Source of the DNA: Candidatus Bathyarchaeia archaeon
GTDB lineage: Archaea; Thermoproteota; Bathyarchaeia; Bathyarchaeales; Bathycorpusculaceae
Direction of reading: 5' to 3'
NCBI GenBank assembly: GCA_049969855.1
Contig: JBMFOB010000019.1
Coordinates: forward strand, 1-26,406
Length of the DNA: 26,406 nt
Both the position numbers and the translations under genes were made by a program. The notes under the pieces are model-generated. The model was not told the origin of the DNA. It did no database searches and saw nothing but the letters and a program-made list of their open reading frames with translations. Positions 18,775 to 26,406 of the stretch are shown here, in pieces. Within the stretch, counting starts at the first letter, position 1, and every line of letters starts with the position of its first letter.

Positions 18775-18876
18775 ATGGAGTTTATAGATCAGTTTATTGG
18801 CAGTCCACTATTGATTCTTGCAGCGTTCATCGTCATTGACTTAATAGCTATCCTATACCATAAAATAAGAAAATGA
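18775..18876 (+). CDS. 33-aa single-TM microprotein (not in ORF track)
   Basis: MEFIDQFIGSPLLILAAFIVIDLIAILYHKIRK* with AGGTGA SD, 15 nt after the nusA stop. Confidence 0.6.
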   Translation: MEFIDQFIGSPLLILAAFIVIDLIAILYHKIRK

Positions 18877-19007
18877 AAGAGTAATTTTCACACTTTTTGC
18901 ATTTGATTTCCGCTTGGACTAGAAGACTATTCTATGCAGATTTATTTACCATGGTAAAGTCTGTGTTTCTTGTGAGAAAGGGAGAAGGAGTAATCGAACG
19001 ATAAGAA

Positions 19008-19196
19008 TTGGAAGATAGCCTCATGAAGCTGAGACAAGCATGGATTATTGCATCTAGTATTGGAATAGGAATAGCAATGATACCATTGGCTTTCAGCATG
19101 ATGCCTCAAGAACTTTGGCTATTTTATTTGGCTTGGAAAGCATGGTTATTCGGCGTAGCTCCTATAGTGTTTCTTTATTTGTTAAGCAAAAAGTAA
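19008..19196 (+). CDS. Small two-TM membrane protein
   Basis: Two hydrophobic segments with basic ends; start may be ATG 19023. Confidence 0.55.
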   Translation: MEDSLMKLRQAWIIASSIGIGIAMIPLAFSMMPQELWLFYLAWKAWLFGVAPIVFLYLLSKK

Positions 19197-19245
19197 TTTT
19201 AGAAAGAGAAGATTCTGGTGCTAAGCGCTGAAGAAATTTACTGTT

Positions 19246-19800
19246 CTATTTTGACAAAATCATGTCTATGAGGGCTTTTTGGTCTACTTCTGCTCGTGTT
19301 CTCCAATCCAAATATAACTGCTCATTTTCATCCTGCGTTAAATATCCATAGCGAATGTAACGGTCAATGTTTAAGCCCACCTTCCATCCTGGAAGCTTAT
19401 CACGCAATAACTCCTCAACCTCTTTTCGTGGCACTTTGCCCTTTTTCGATATTATGTATGCGATTGTTATTGCCAAGCCTGCCAAATCGTCGATGCGCCA
19501 CCCTATCATTTTAGCTTCTTTCGGCGTTAAATCGCCCCTTAATGTGATGTAGAATCTTGCCTTGTCCAAATCCTCTAAAGTTGGCTTTTCCACAGCTTTT
19601 TCTCCTTCAAAAACCGTTTTAACCTGCAAATCCAACGCTTTTAAATAGTCGTCTAAAATTTTCAAGACTTTTGGATAGTCTGCGCCTAAGGCTTTGCGGA
19701 GTTCCCAGCCTTTCACTCCTGGCTTTTTGTGTCTCCTGTAAAAGAGCATGTGGGTTGCTCGTTTTATTTTGCTTGCGTAATAGCCTTTTCTCTTGCTCAC
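19246..19800 (-). CDS. KITE-family tandem winged-helix protein (Nse1/Nse3-MAGE/ScpB-like)
   Basis: Third gene of the SMC operon; two WH-like halves; C-terminal GYL.....LYLDWRTRAEV; GTG 19800 overlaps the upstream TGA (ORF track opens at ATG 19821). Confidence 0.7.
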   Translation of the reverse strand: MSKRKGYYASKIKRATHMLFYRRHKKPGVKGWELRKALGADYPKVLKILDDYLKALDLQVKTVFEGEKAVEKPTLEDLDKARFYITLRGDLTPKEAKMIGWRIDDLAGLAITIAYIISKKGKVPRKEVEELLRDKLPGWKVGLNIDRYIRYGYLTQDENEQLYLDWRTRAEVDQKALIDMILSK

Positions 19801-20615
19801 TTTAGCTCTCCCTTCTTCCATTTCATCCAGTCTTCTGGCGAAACAGTTATGGGAATGGAAACCAACTGTTTTTTTCCAATTTTTGTTATGGGTTTTTCAT
19901 TTGGTTTTATGAAAATTTCCTCTTCTAACGGATGAACCTCCAAAGTTGCGTATCCGTATGTGACGAGGAAGCTTGTTAAAAAGGCTCTGTGTACTGTTTC
20001 CTCGTAGTTTTCTGCGCCCACAAAATCCCAGTAATGAATTTTTCCGTTTTCTCCAACCTTAGCCTTCAGTTCTTGCCAGAGATTTTCAAGCTCTTCCGAA
20101 AAAGCTTTGTCTCGCAAAATTTTCTGTCTAATAAGTTCTTCTCTTGTTGCAAGGCTTGTTTCAACCTCTGCTGGCGGAAACCCCTTCCACCTTTCTTTCA
20201 GTGGCAGTAAGCTTTCCCAGTATCTTGTGGCTTCTGCCAAGCTGTAAAGCGAAATCTGCTCCATCTCCACTATTGGATGCCAAGCTTGGAGGAAGGCTTC
20301 AACAATTTCTTCCTTTTCTATGCGTGCAAGCTTTTCTTCAAGCAGAAAAGGGTCCGTGTAGAGGGATGTGGAGCGATGTTTAACCCATTCGCTTTGAAGT
20401 TTTATAACTGAAGCCAAATGATGTATTGTTTCAGCGTCTAAGCAAAGGTCTTCTGGGATTTCCCATTCTGGAAAATACTCTTTAACTATGCCTATTAATT
20501 CTTCAACATTTATTAAAAACGGGTCCAGAGAGCGTTCTTCAACTGACTTGCACATTTCTATTATGCGTTGAAGTTTTTCCCTTCCAAATTTCACATGCTC
20601 TTTTTTCGACTGCAT
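19797..20615 (-). CDS. Kleisin (Nse4/ScpA-like)
   Basis: N-terminal LDPF.INV.EL...L.LDA..I..LASVIKLQS helices; C-terminal YWDFV...YEETV..AFLTSFLV..G.A.L WH motif; TAATG-coupled to the SMC gene. Confidence 0.75.
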   Translation of the reverse strand: MQSKKEHVKFGREKLQRIIEMCKSVEERSLDPFLINVEELIGIVKEYFPEWEIPEDLCLDAETIHHLASVIKLQSEWVKHRSTSLYTDPFLLEEKLARIEKEEIVEAFLQAWHPIVEMEQISLYSLAEATRYWESLLPLKERWKGFPPAEVETSLATREELIRQKILRDKAFSEELENLWQELKAKVGENGKIHYWDFVGAENYEETVHRAFLTSFLVTYGYATLEVHPLEEEIFIKPNEKPITKIGKKQLVSIPITVSPEDWMKWKKGELK

Positions 20616-22564
20616 TAGACAACCTCTCTGATTATGGATTTTCCTTCAATGTTTTGAACAGTTATTATGTTTGCCTCTTCCTTTGCAAATGTCACTTGAC
20701 TTGGCGTTATAACGATGTATTGGGCGTTTGCGTCTTTAACAGTTGAAATTAATATTTTTGCGATTAACTCCCGATTTTTCGGGTCCATGTGAATGTCATA
20801 CTCGTCCACGGCTCTGAATGGCGAACGAACATGCTGTTGCAAAGCCAACAAAAAGCTCATGGTTGCTGTTGTTCTTTCTCCGCCACTTTGCGTGTAAGCA
20901 TCAAGTGGAACGGGTTTGCCGCCCTTAAAACCAACATCAATTTCCAATCCTGCAGCCTCTATGTCATGTCCATTAACAAGTTTAACCTCTCCAACGGCTT
21001 GGGCTTGAGCCAAAATCTTCTGATATTCCAAATTTACACGGTCTAGGAGGCTTTGGATAACTGTTCGCCAGTTCTGCATTCGCACTTTAACCTCTTCTAA
21101 AGCCTTTTCACGGTTTTCGGCAACTTGCTGCGCCTTCTCCTTCAACTCTAAATAAAGTTTTGAGTAGGATTCATACATGCGTTCTATGTCCTCTGAAACA
21201 TCTGCAAGCGCAGCCAAATGTCCATCTGTAACACGAATTTCATCCAAAATTTCGCCAACATTCTTTGTAACAGCAATTCTCGGACCAGTTTGCTCAGCCT
21301 TTGCCAAAGCTTCATTCAAATTTGCCTTTGCACTTTTAAGCTCGCCTTCAAGTCTTTCCAAGTTGGCTGTTATGTTTTCTTTGCGGTACTGCAGTAAAGC
21401 CAATTGGATGCGGCTGTCCACAACTTGGTTGCCAACTTTGTCCATATTTTCTTCCAAAAACTTGGTTCTCTTTTGATTCTCGTCAATTTCTACATTCAAC
21501 TTTAAAATTTGCTGGTTAGAGTTTTGCATAAGCTCCTTCAAATTTTCGCTTTTCAGAAACTTGAACTGAGCTGGGTTCTCTTTAATTGTTATGCTTGTTT
21601 GGATTGAAGGATTTCCCTTCTCCAAGATTGCAGTTTCTTTCAGAATTTGCTCGCAAAATAAAATGGTTGCTTCGCTCTTGGCTTTTTCTTTTTCAAGGCT
21701 TAAGCGTTCCGTGAAAAGGGTTTTCCACTCATTTTTTAGCTTTTCAAGTTCGCCCTGTTGAGTTTGCAGTTGCTCCTTCGCTATTTTTGTCTTTTCTTCA
21801 ACCTGATTTAAGGCATCAAGTTCCCTTTTTCTGTTCGCTTCCAAAACCTTAACAATTTCCTCTCTTTTTGAAACTTCCGCCCAGGCAAGTTCCCTCTCCA
21901 AAAATCTCCTCTTAGTCTGCAATTGCTTCTTCGCCTGGTATCTCTCGTACTGTTCCCTCCAATAATTAAGCGTCTGCTCAGCTGATTCCAAAAGCTTGTT
22001 TACAGAATCTTCTTGGCTTAATATTCGCGTTAGCTTTTTCTGAGCTTCTAAAACGTTTTGGCGGTATGGCTCCAACCCCACAGCCGCCTCAACCATTCGC
22101 AGTTTTTCTTGTTGAGAAAGCACAGTGAACTGTTCAACCATGTTCTGATGCATTATTATAAGCATATTTTCCGGGTCAACACCCAACTTTGACAATAACC
22201 TTTCCACGTCAGTTTTTGTGGCAGCCCTATTTTCCAATTCAAACCAGTATTTGCCATCCCGACGCAAAACCCTTGTTAAGAAAATTTGGTCTTTGTTAAC
22301 TTTTGGAACAGGTCGCTTTCCACCCCTCTTCGTGTTATCCAATATTAATGTGACACGGGCTTGGTCTTTCCCCCAACGAATCAAATCGCTCAATTTTCTG
22401 GAACGTTCCGTATACGATTGCCCAAGCGCCACGGAAATAGCCAACAGAAGCGAAGACTTTCCAGAACCATTCGGTCCGCAAATGACGTTTACGCCATGTT
22501 TAAAGGGTACCCTAGCATACTCGTAACTCATGAAGTTTTCAAGGATTACTTCGCTAATCAGCAT
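20615..22564 (-). CDS. Short SMC-family ATPase, Smc5/6-like
   Basis: ENFMSY, Walker A GPNGSGKS, Q-loop IIMHQ, long coiled coils, signature QSGGER, Walker B/D-loop PFRAVDEYDIHMD, QYIVITP. Confidence 0.88.
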   Translation of the reverse strand: MLISEVILENFMSYEYARVPFKHGVNVICGPNGSGKSSLLLAISVALGQSYTERSRKLSDLIRWGKDQARVTLILDNTKRGGKRPVPKVNKDQIFLTRVLRRDGKYWFELENRAATKTDVERLLSKLGVDPENMLIIMHQNMVEQFTVLSQQEKLRMVEAAVGLEPYRQNVLEAQKKLTRILSQEDSVNKLLESAEQTLNYWREQYERYQAKKQLQTKRRFLERELAWAEVSKREEIVKVLEANRKRELDALNQVEEKTKIAKEQLQTQQGELEKLKNEWKTLFTERLSLEKEKAKSEATILFCEQILKETAILEKGNPSIQTSITIKENPAQFKFLKSENLKELMQNSNQQILKLNVEIDENQKRTKFLEENMDKVGNQVVDSRIQLALLQYRKENITANLERLEGELKSAKANLNEALAKAEQTGPRIAVTKNVGEILDEIRVTDGHLAALADVSEDIERMYESYSKLYLELKEKAQQVAENREKALEEVKVRMQNWRTVIQSLLDRVNLEYQKILAQAQAVGEVKLVNGHDIEAAGLEIDVGFKGGKPVPLDAYTQSGGERTTATMSFLLALQQHVRSPFRAVDEYDIHMDPKNRELIAKILISTVKDANAQYIVITPSQVTFAKEEANIITVQNIEGKSIIREVV

Positions 22565-22745
22565 TGAAGCCCATACGCCTCTCTTTGCGGTAAAATAATA
22601 GAGGTGAAAACTCCCTTATTAAAACAATTAGCCAATTTATAATTAAAGCTGCATTCCAGTTATAACAAGAATTTGACTGGTTGGAGGCTAAACTGAACCT
22701 TAAACTTCTTAAGCAAATATTTCCTATTCAAGATTGGTGAAAATT

Positions 22746-23438
22746 ATGGTTGTTGCTGGTAAGGTTTTTAGGCTTTCTGAACCGCTTTCCATTGCGGAAA
22801 TTGCTTCTAGGCTTGAGGGTTATCGCACTGAAGAAGCTTATGAGGAAGGTGATTACAAGTTTACGCTTGTAAGCGAAGTTGTGGGATTATTGCCAAAGTC
22901 AAAAGAGAATATGCTTAGAGGTGTTTATTCGCATGATTATGTGATTCACGTTTTTCATAGGGGTAAGATGGCGCCTTTGCCACGCACTATTGAAGCGGTT
23001 TTCAGTTTTGCCCAACATGATGATAACACTTTCTTGACGATTGTTGAGAAGAAGCGCCTAGCCAATTTTATAGCCAATAAGCTTAGCGAGATTATTTTTG
23101 AAAAGGTTGGTGGCATTGTTGAAGCACGAATTCCGCCAGAAACCCTAAGGGAGTTTCACCTGAAAAATCCTGAAGACACGAAAATTACGTTTTTTGACAA
23201 TGTGGATATTCCAAACGTGAATAAGCTTTCGCTTTACGGTCCAGACTTGATAAACACTTCGCTTTTCGAAGACTATTGTAAGCATGGCGACTTGTGGTAT
23301 GTGGTAGCTAGGGCTAGGGAATATGGCTATGTTGTTGGCATAACAAGAGACGCTTCTGTGACTGTTTTCAATTTGACCGATAAGGAAAAGTATTTGGAGT
23401 ATGTTGCAGAAGAAGTTTACAAGCTAATAATAAAATAA
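22746..23438 (+). CDS. Hypothetical alpha/beta protein divergent from the SMC operon
   Basis: 230-aa ORF; GGTGA SD before ATG 22746 (ORF track opens at TTG 22734). Confidence 0.85.
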   Translation: MVVAGKVFRLSEPLSIAEIASRLEGYRTEEAYEEGDYKFTLVSEVVGLLPKSKENMLRGVYSHDYVIHVFHRGKMAPLPRTIEAVFSFAQHDDNTFLTIVEKKRLANFIANKLSEIIFEKVGGIVEARIPPETLREFHLKNPEDTKITFFDNVDIPNVNKLSLYGPDLINTSLFEDYCKHGDLWYVVARAREYGYVVGITRDASVTVFNLTDKEKYLEYVAEEVYKLIIK

Positions 23439-23469
23439 AGCAAAACACGAAACACCAAACAGTTAGACG

Positions 23470-23487
23470 CTGAACAAATTTGTTCAG
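23470..23487. promoter_or_regulatory. Perfect 18-bp palindrome next to the kinase RBS
   Basis: CTGAACAAA-TTTGTTCAG, 3 nt before GGTGA; function unknown. Confidence 0.4.
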
Positions 23488-23500
23488 TAAGGTGAATTAA

Positions 23501-24106
23501 ATGAGGGTTGCTGTTAAGGGTTTATGGAATATTGTTTTAAGCGGCTATCCAAGATCTGGCAAAACAACGCTTGCCAAAAGGTTGATTGCTGAAAACCCAA
23601 AATTTGCAAGAATAGGCGTGGACGAGTTGAGGGAAATGCTTTTCAATGAGGCGCCTCCATGCCGTGACGAATTTCTAGTATATTCCATGATTGCTAACAT
23701 GCGAGATGCCTTGTTGGAGAAAGGTTACAGCGTTGTCATTGATTCAACGGCGCCTGACAATATTACACGTCAGTTTTTGTTAACAACGAGAAGGAAACTT
23801 GTGAACCGCTTGCTTATCATGCTAACCGTGGATAGGGATGTTTTAATTAAAAGAAACATTGAAAAGTTCGGCGATGCAAACGCTGTTATCGCATGGGATA
23901 AGCATTGGCAAAAACCTGCTGGCGACATTCCAGTATTCAAGTTCAAAAGCAGCAATATATTAGAGTTTGAAGTCTACTACGCCCGTTTAATGGAGCTTTT
24001 AGAAAGCGAAGTGCACCCTTTCAAACCAGAATTTCACCTTATCCCTCAGCCCTTAAAGGAGATTCGGGAAGCCCTCAAAAATCTATTAAAGAAACGTAAC
24101 CCATAA
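23501..24106 (+). CDS. P-loop kinase (AAA_33 / polynucleotide-kinase-like)
   Basis: SGYPRSGKTT, DELREML, VVIDST, lid Arg (LIKRN). Confidence 0.85.
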   Translation: MRVAVKGLWNIVLSGYPRSGKTTLAKRLIAENPKFARIGVDELREMLFNEAPPCRDEFLVYSMIANMRDALLEKGYSVVIDSTAPDNITRQFLLTTRRKLVNRLLIMLTVDRDVLIKRNIEKFGDANAVIAWDKHWQKPAGDIPVFKFKSSNILEFEVYYARLMELLESEVHPFKPEFHLIPQPLKEIREALKNLLKKRNP

Positions 24107-24111
24107 TTTTG

Positions 24112-24642
24112 CTAAAATTCTATCCCCTTTCTTGCTTGGAAGCCCTTATTGTATGGATGTTTAACCTCCCTCATTTCCGTGACTAAATCTGCTGCTTCAA
24201 TTATTTCCTTTGACGCATACCGTCCAGTCAATACGAGTTCAACATGTTTTGGCTTATTTTTTATCAAATTAACAACTTTCTCAATCTCTATTAGTTTCAA
24301 GTTTATGGCTACGTTAATTTCGTCCAAAATTACTATGTCATATTCGCCCCCTTTAACAATTTTTTCAGCCAATGTTAAAGCTTCTTCTGCAAGTTTAACA
24401 TCCTCTTCCGCTGGGGGCTTTTCTGTTACAAATTTGCCTCTTCCGAAAGCCTTTAGTTCCAAGTTTGGAAGCTTATCCGCTATGTATAGTTCGCCATAAT
24501 CGAATCCGCCCTTAATAAACTGGATTATGTAAACCTTCAATCCTCTCCCTATGGCTCTTAGGGCCAGCCCAAAAGCTGCTGAAGTTTTGCCCTTCCCATT
24601 TCCAGTGTAAACCTGAACCATTCCCTTTTCAAGTTTTGGCAT
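24112..24642 (-). CDS. cobO: Cob(I)alamin adenosyltransferase (CobA/BtuR/CobO type)
   Basis: VYTGNGKGKTSAAFG, QFIKG, ILDE, VLTGR, ADLVTEM..KHPY, GIEF. Confidence 0.95.
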   Translation of the reverse strand: MPKLEKGMVQVYTGNGKGKTSAAFGLALRAIGRGLKVYIIQFIKGGFDYGELYIADKLPNLELKAFGRGKFVTEKPPAEEDVKLAEEALTLAEKIVKGGEYDIVILDEINVAINLKLIEIEKVVNLIKNKPKHVELVLTGRYASKEIIEAADLVTEMREVKHPYNKGFQARKGIEF

Positions 24643-25598
24643 TATTTTGCCTTCTTAAATTTTGAATGTAAAAGCTCTTCTGCTGCTGAAGCTGGGTCCA
24701 TTTTTTTAGCCATAATCTTTTGTAGGGCTTCTTGGAATTTTCCTTCTCTTTTTAACTCTTCTATTATGGAGTTTACTGCTTTTTCTTTTATGGCTTCGAC
24801 AAGTTCGGTTTCTGCTCTTAGAAGGCTTTTTTCTTCAGCTTTTTCTTTCTTTAGGAAGTTTCTGTGTTCTTCCAGTTTTTCGATGAGTTGTGGGACTCCT
24901 TCGCCTGTTATGGCTATTGTTTTTAGAACTGGAGGCTTCCACTTTTTTTCTTTAGTGTTTAGTTGAAGCATTGCTTGTATGTCTGTTACGGCTTTTTCTG
25001 CGTTTTCGCGGTCTGCCTTGTTTACAACGAAGATGTCGGCTATTTCCATTAAACCAGCCTTTATGGCTTGGATATCGTCGCCTAAACCAGGCGCGTGGAT
25101 AACGACTATTGTTTCTGCAACCTTGATTATTTCAACTTCTGATTGTCCAGCGCCAACAGTTTCCACAACAACTATGTCTTTGCCTGCTGCATCCAAAATT
25201 TTAACAGCGTCCCGTGTTGCTTTTGCTATTCCTCCTGAATAGTTGCGGGTTGCCATGCTCCTTATGAAGACGCCTTCATCAGTGCTTAGTTCCTGCATTC
25301 TTATTCTGTCGCCTAAGAAGGCTCCGCCAGTGAATGGGCTTGTGGGGTCCACGGCTACGACGCCAACGGTCTTGCCCCTTCGTCTATATTCTCTAACGAT
25401 TTTGTCGATTAGGGTGCTTTTTCCAGAACCGCCTGGACCCGTCAGCCCTATAATGTGGGCTTTTCCAGTGTGGGGGTAAATTTTTGCAATAAGCCTTTTT
25501 GCTTCTGGAGCGTCGTTTTCTATTATTGTTATTGCCCTTGCTATGCTTCTGCGGTCTCCAGCTAAGACGCCTTGAGCTAGTTCTTCAATTTTCGACAA
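24642..25598 (-). CDS. meaB: MeaB/ArgK G-protein chaperone of B12 mutase
   Basis: GPGGSGKST, VDPTSPFTGGAFLGDRIRM, VETVGAGQSE, NKAD; likely start TTG 25598 (ORF track opens at 25643). Confidence 0.93.
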   Translation of the reverse strand: MSKIEELAQGVLAGDRRSIARAITIIENDAPEAKRLIAKIYPHTGKAHIIGLTGPGGSGKSTLIDKIVREYRRRGKTVGVVAVDPTSPFTGGAFLGDRIRMQELSTDEGVFIRSMATRNYSGGIAKATRDAVKILDAAGKDIVVVETVGAGQSEVEIIKVAETIVVIHAPGLGDDIQAIKAGLMEIADIFVVNKADRENAEKAVTDIQAMLQLNTKEKKWKPPVLKTIAITGEGVPQLIEKLEEHRNFLKKEKAEEKSLLRAETELVEAIKEKAVNSIIEELKREGKFQEALQKIMAKKMDPASAAEELLHSKFKKAK

Positions 25599-25611
25599 TT
25601 TCTGGCACGTT

Positions 25612-26019
25612 TTAGGTTCTTTTCGGCACGTTTTCCAAAACAAACTCTATTATCTTTTCCGTTGGGGTTCCAGGTCCAAATATTTCTTTTATGCCTATCT
25701 TTTTCATTTCTGGAATGTCTTCGTCTGGGATTATTCCTCCAGCGAAAACCATAACGTCTGTTAATCCCTTTTCTTTAAGAAGTTCCATTATTCTTGGGAA
25801 AAGTGATTTGTGGGCTCCTGAAAGGATGCTTAAACCTATGACGTCCACGTCTTCTTGAAGGGCTGTTTCAACAATTTGTTCTGGCGTCTGCCTCAAACCC
25901 GTGTAGATTACTTCCATTCCAGCGTCCCTTAGGGCTCTGGCTACAACTTTGGCGCCTCTGTCGTGGCTGTCTAAGCCTGGTTTGGCGATTAATACTCTAA
26001 TTTTTCTTTTGCTCTGCAT
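25612..26019 (-). CDS. Methylmalonyl/acyl-CoA mutase cobalamin-binding subunit
   Basis: [10 protein letters not shown] (DxHxxG), [19 protein letters not shown]. Confidence 0.95.
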   Translation of the reverse strand: MQSKRKIRVLIAKPGLDSHDRGAKVVARALRDAGMEVIYTGLRQTPEQIVETALQEDVDVIGLSILSGAHKSLFPRIMELLKEKGLTDVMVFAGGIIPDEDIPEMKKIGIKEIFGPGTPTEKIIEFVLENVPKRT

Positions 26020-26038
26020 ATTCCTTGCCCCTTTCTTA

Positions 26039-26406
26039 TTAGATTACTATTAACTCTTTATATTCTCCGTAAACTTTTCGCAAAACATCCGTGATTTCGC
26101 CGATGGTTGCGTAGGCTTTTACTGCTTCGATTATTGTTGGCATTAGGTTTTCTTCTTTTTCTGCTGCGTAGTGGAGTTTTTCGAGGATTTCCTTCACCTT
26201 CCTGTTGTCGCGTTCTCTCCTTAGTTTTTGAAGTCTTTCGACTTGTTCTTTTTCAACTTTTGGGTCTATCCTTAAAAGCTCTATTGGACATTCTTCTCCT
26301 TCTATGGTGAATTCGTTTACGCCTACTAATATGCGTTTTTTCTCGTCAACCTCCCTCTGGTATCTGTAGGCGCTGTCGGCAATTTCTTTTTGGAAGAATC
26401 CTTTTA
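26039..26406 (-). CDS. Methylmalonyl/acyl-CoA mutase large subunit, C-terminal part (5' end outside window)
   Basis: Manual translation [32 protein letters not shown]...[31 protein letters not shown]. Confidence 0.93.
   Translation of the reverse strand, partial: KGFFQKEIADSAYRYQREVDEKKRILVGVNEFTIEGEECPIELLRIDPKVEKEQVERLQKLRRERDNRKVKEILEKLHYAAEKEENLMPTIIEAVKAYATIGEITDVLRKVYGEYKELIVI

Noticed and set aside
19246-22564. Wadjet (JetABCD), Lamassu or Rad50/Mre11 system
   Set aside because: No Toprim JetD, no nuclease effector, no Mre11/HerA/NurA and no CxxC hook; gene order is SMC-kleisin-KITE and the context is housekeeping
25599-25643. MeaB N-terminal extension, and the GGCACGTTTT 10-bp direct repeat (25604 and 25625)
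   Set aside because: The extension overlaps the upstream gene and TTG 25598 fits better; the repeat is only two short copies, at most a micro-duplication
26107-26310. Leu-rich 67-aa plus-strand ORF
   Set aside because: Antisense to the mutase large subunit, which is clearly the real gene
1-26406. CRISPR array, IS element or rRNA
   Set aside because: No regularly spaced repeats, transposase, terminal inverted repeats or rRNA-like tract found by eye

Overview
Archaeal chromosomal segment, most likely TACK/Bathyarchaeia-like (unsplit rpoB, fused rpoA'/A'', DUF5752 gene, GGTGA Shine-Dalgarno motifs, BHB tRNA intron); the taxonomy is inference. In order: (1) Lrp regulator + DUF5752, with an array of candidate Lrp boxes; (2) a long minus-strand operon divergent from nikR (nikM-nikN-membrane protein-fmdE-DUF1893-trxA-small TM protein-DUF2148) with a clear NikR-type operator; (3) nadA and DUF3795; (4) an accessory patch ending in an integrase-less ~0.6 kb element (degenerate toxin + DUF2283) bounded by an intron-containing tRNA-Leu(CAA) and a decayed copy of its 3' end; (5) rpoB-rpoA-rpl30e-nusA, lacking the usual rpoH upstream and rps12/rps7 downstream; (6) the most notable locus, a translationally coupled three-gene operon encoding a short, apparently hinge-less Smc5/6-like ATPase, an Nse4-like kleisin and an Nse1/Nse3(MAGE)-like KITE protein; (7) a P-loop kinase and an acyl-CoA mutase-MeaB-CobO B12 cluster running off the right edge. 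Family assignments come from motifs recognised by eye; no searches were run.
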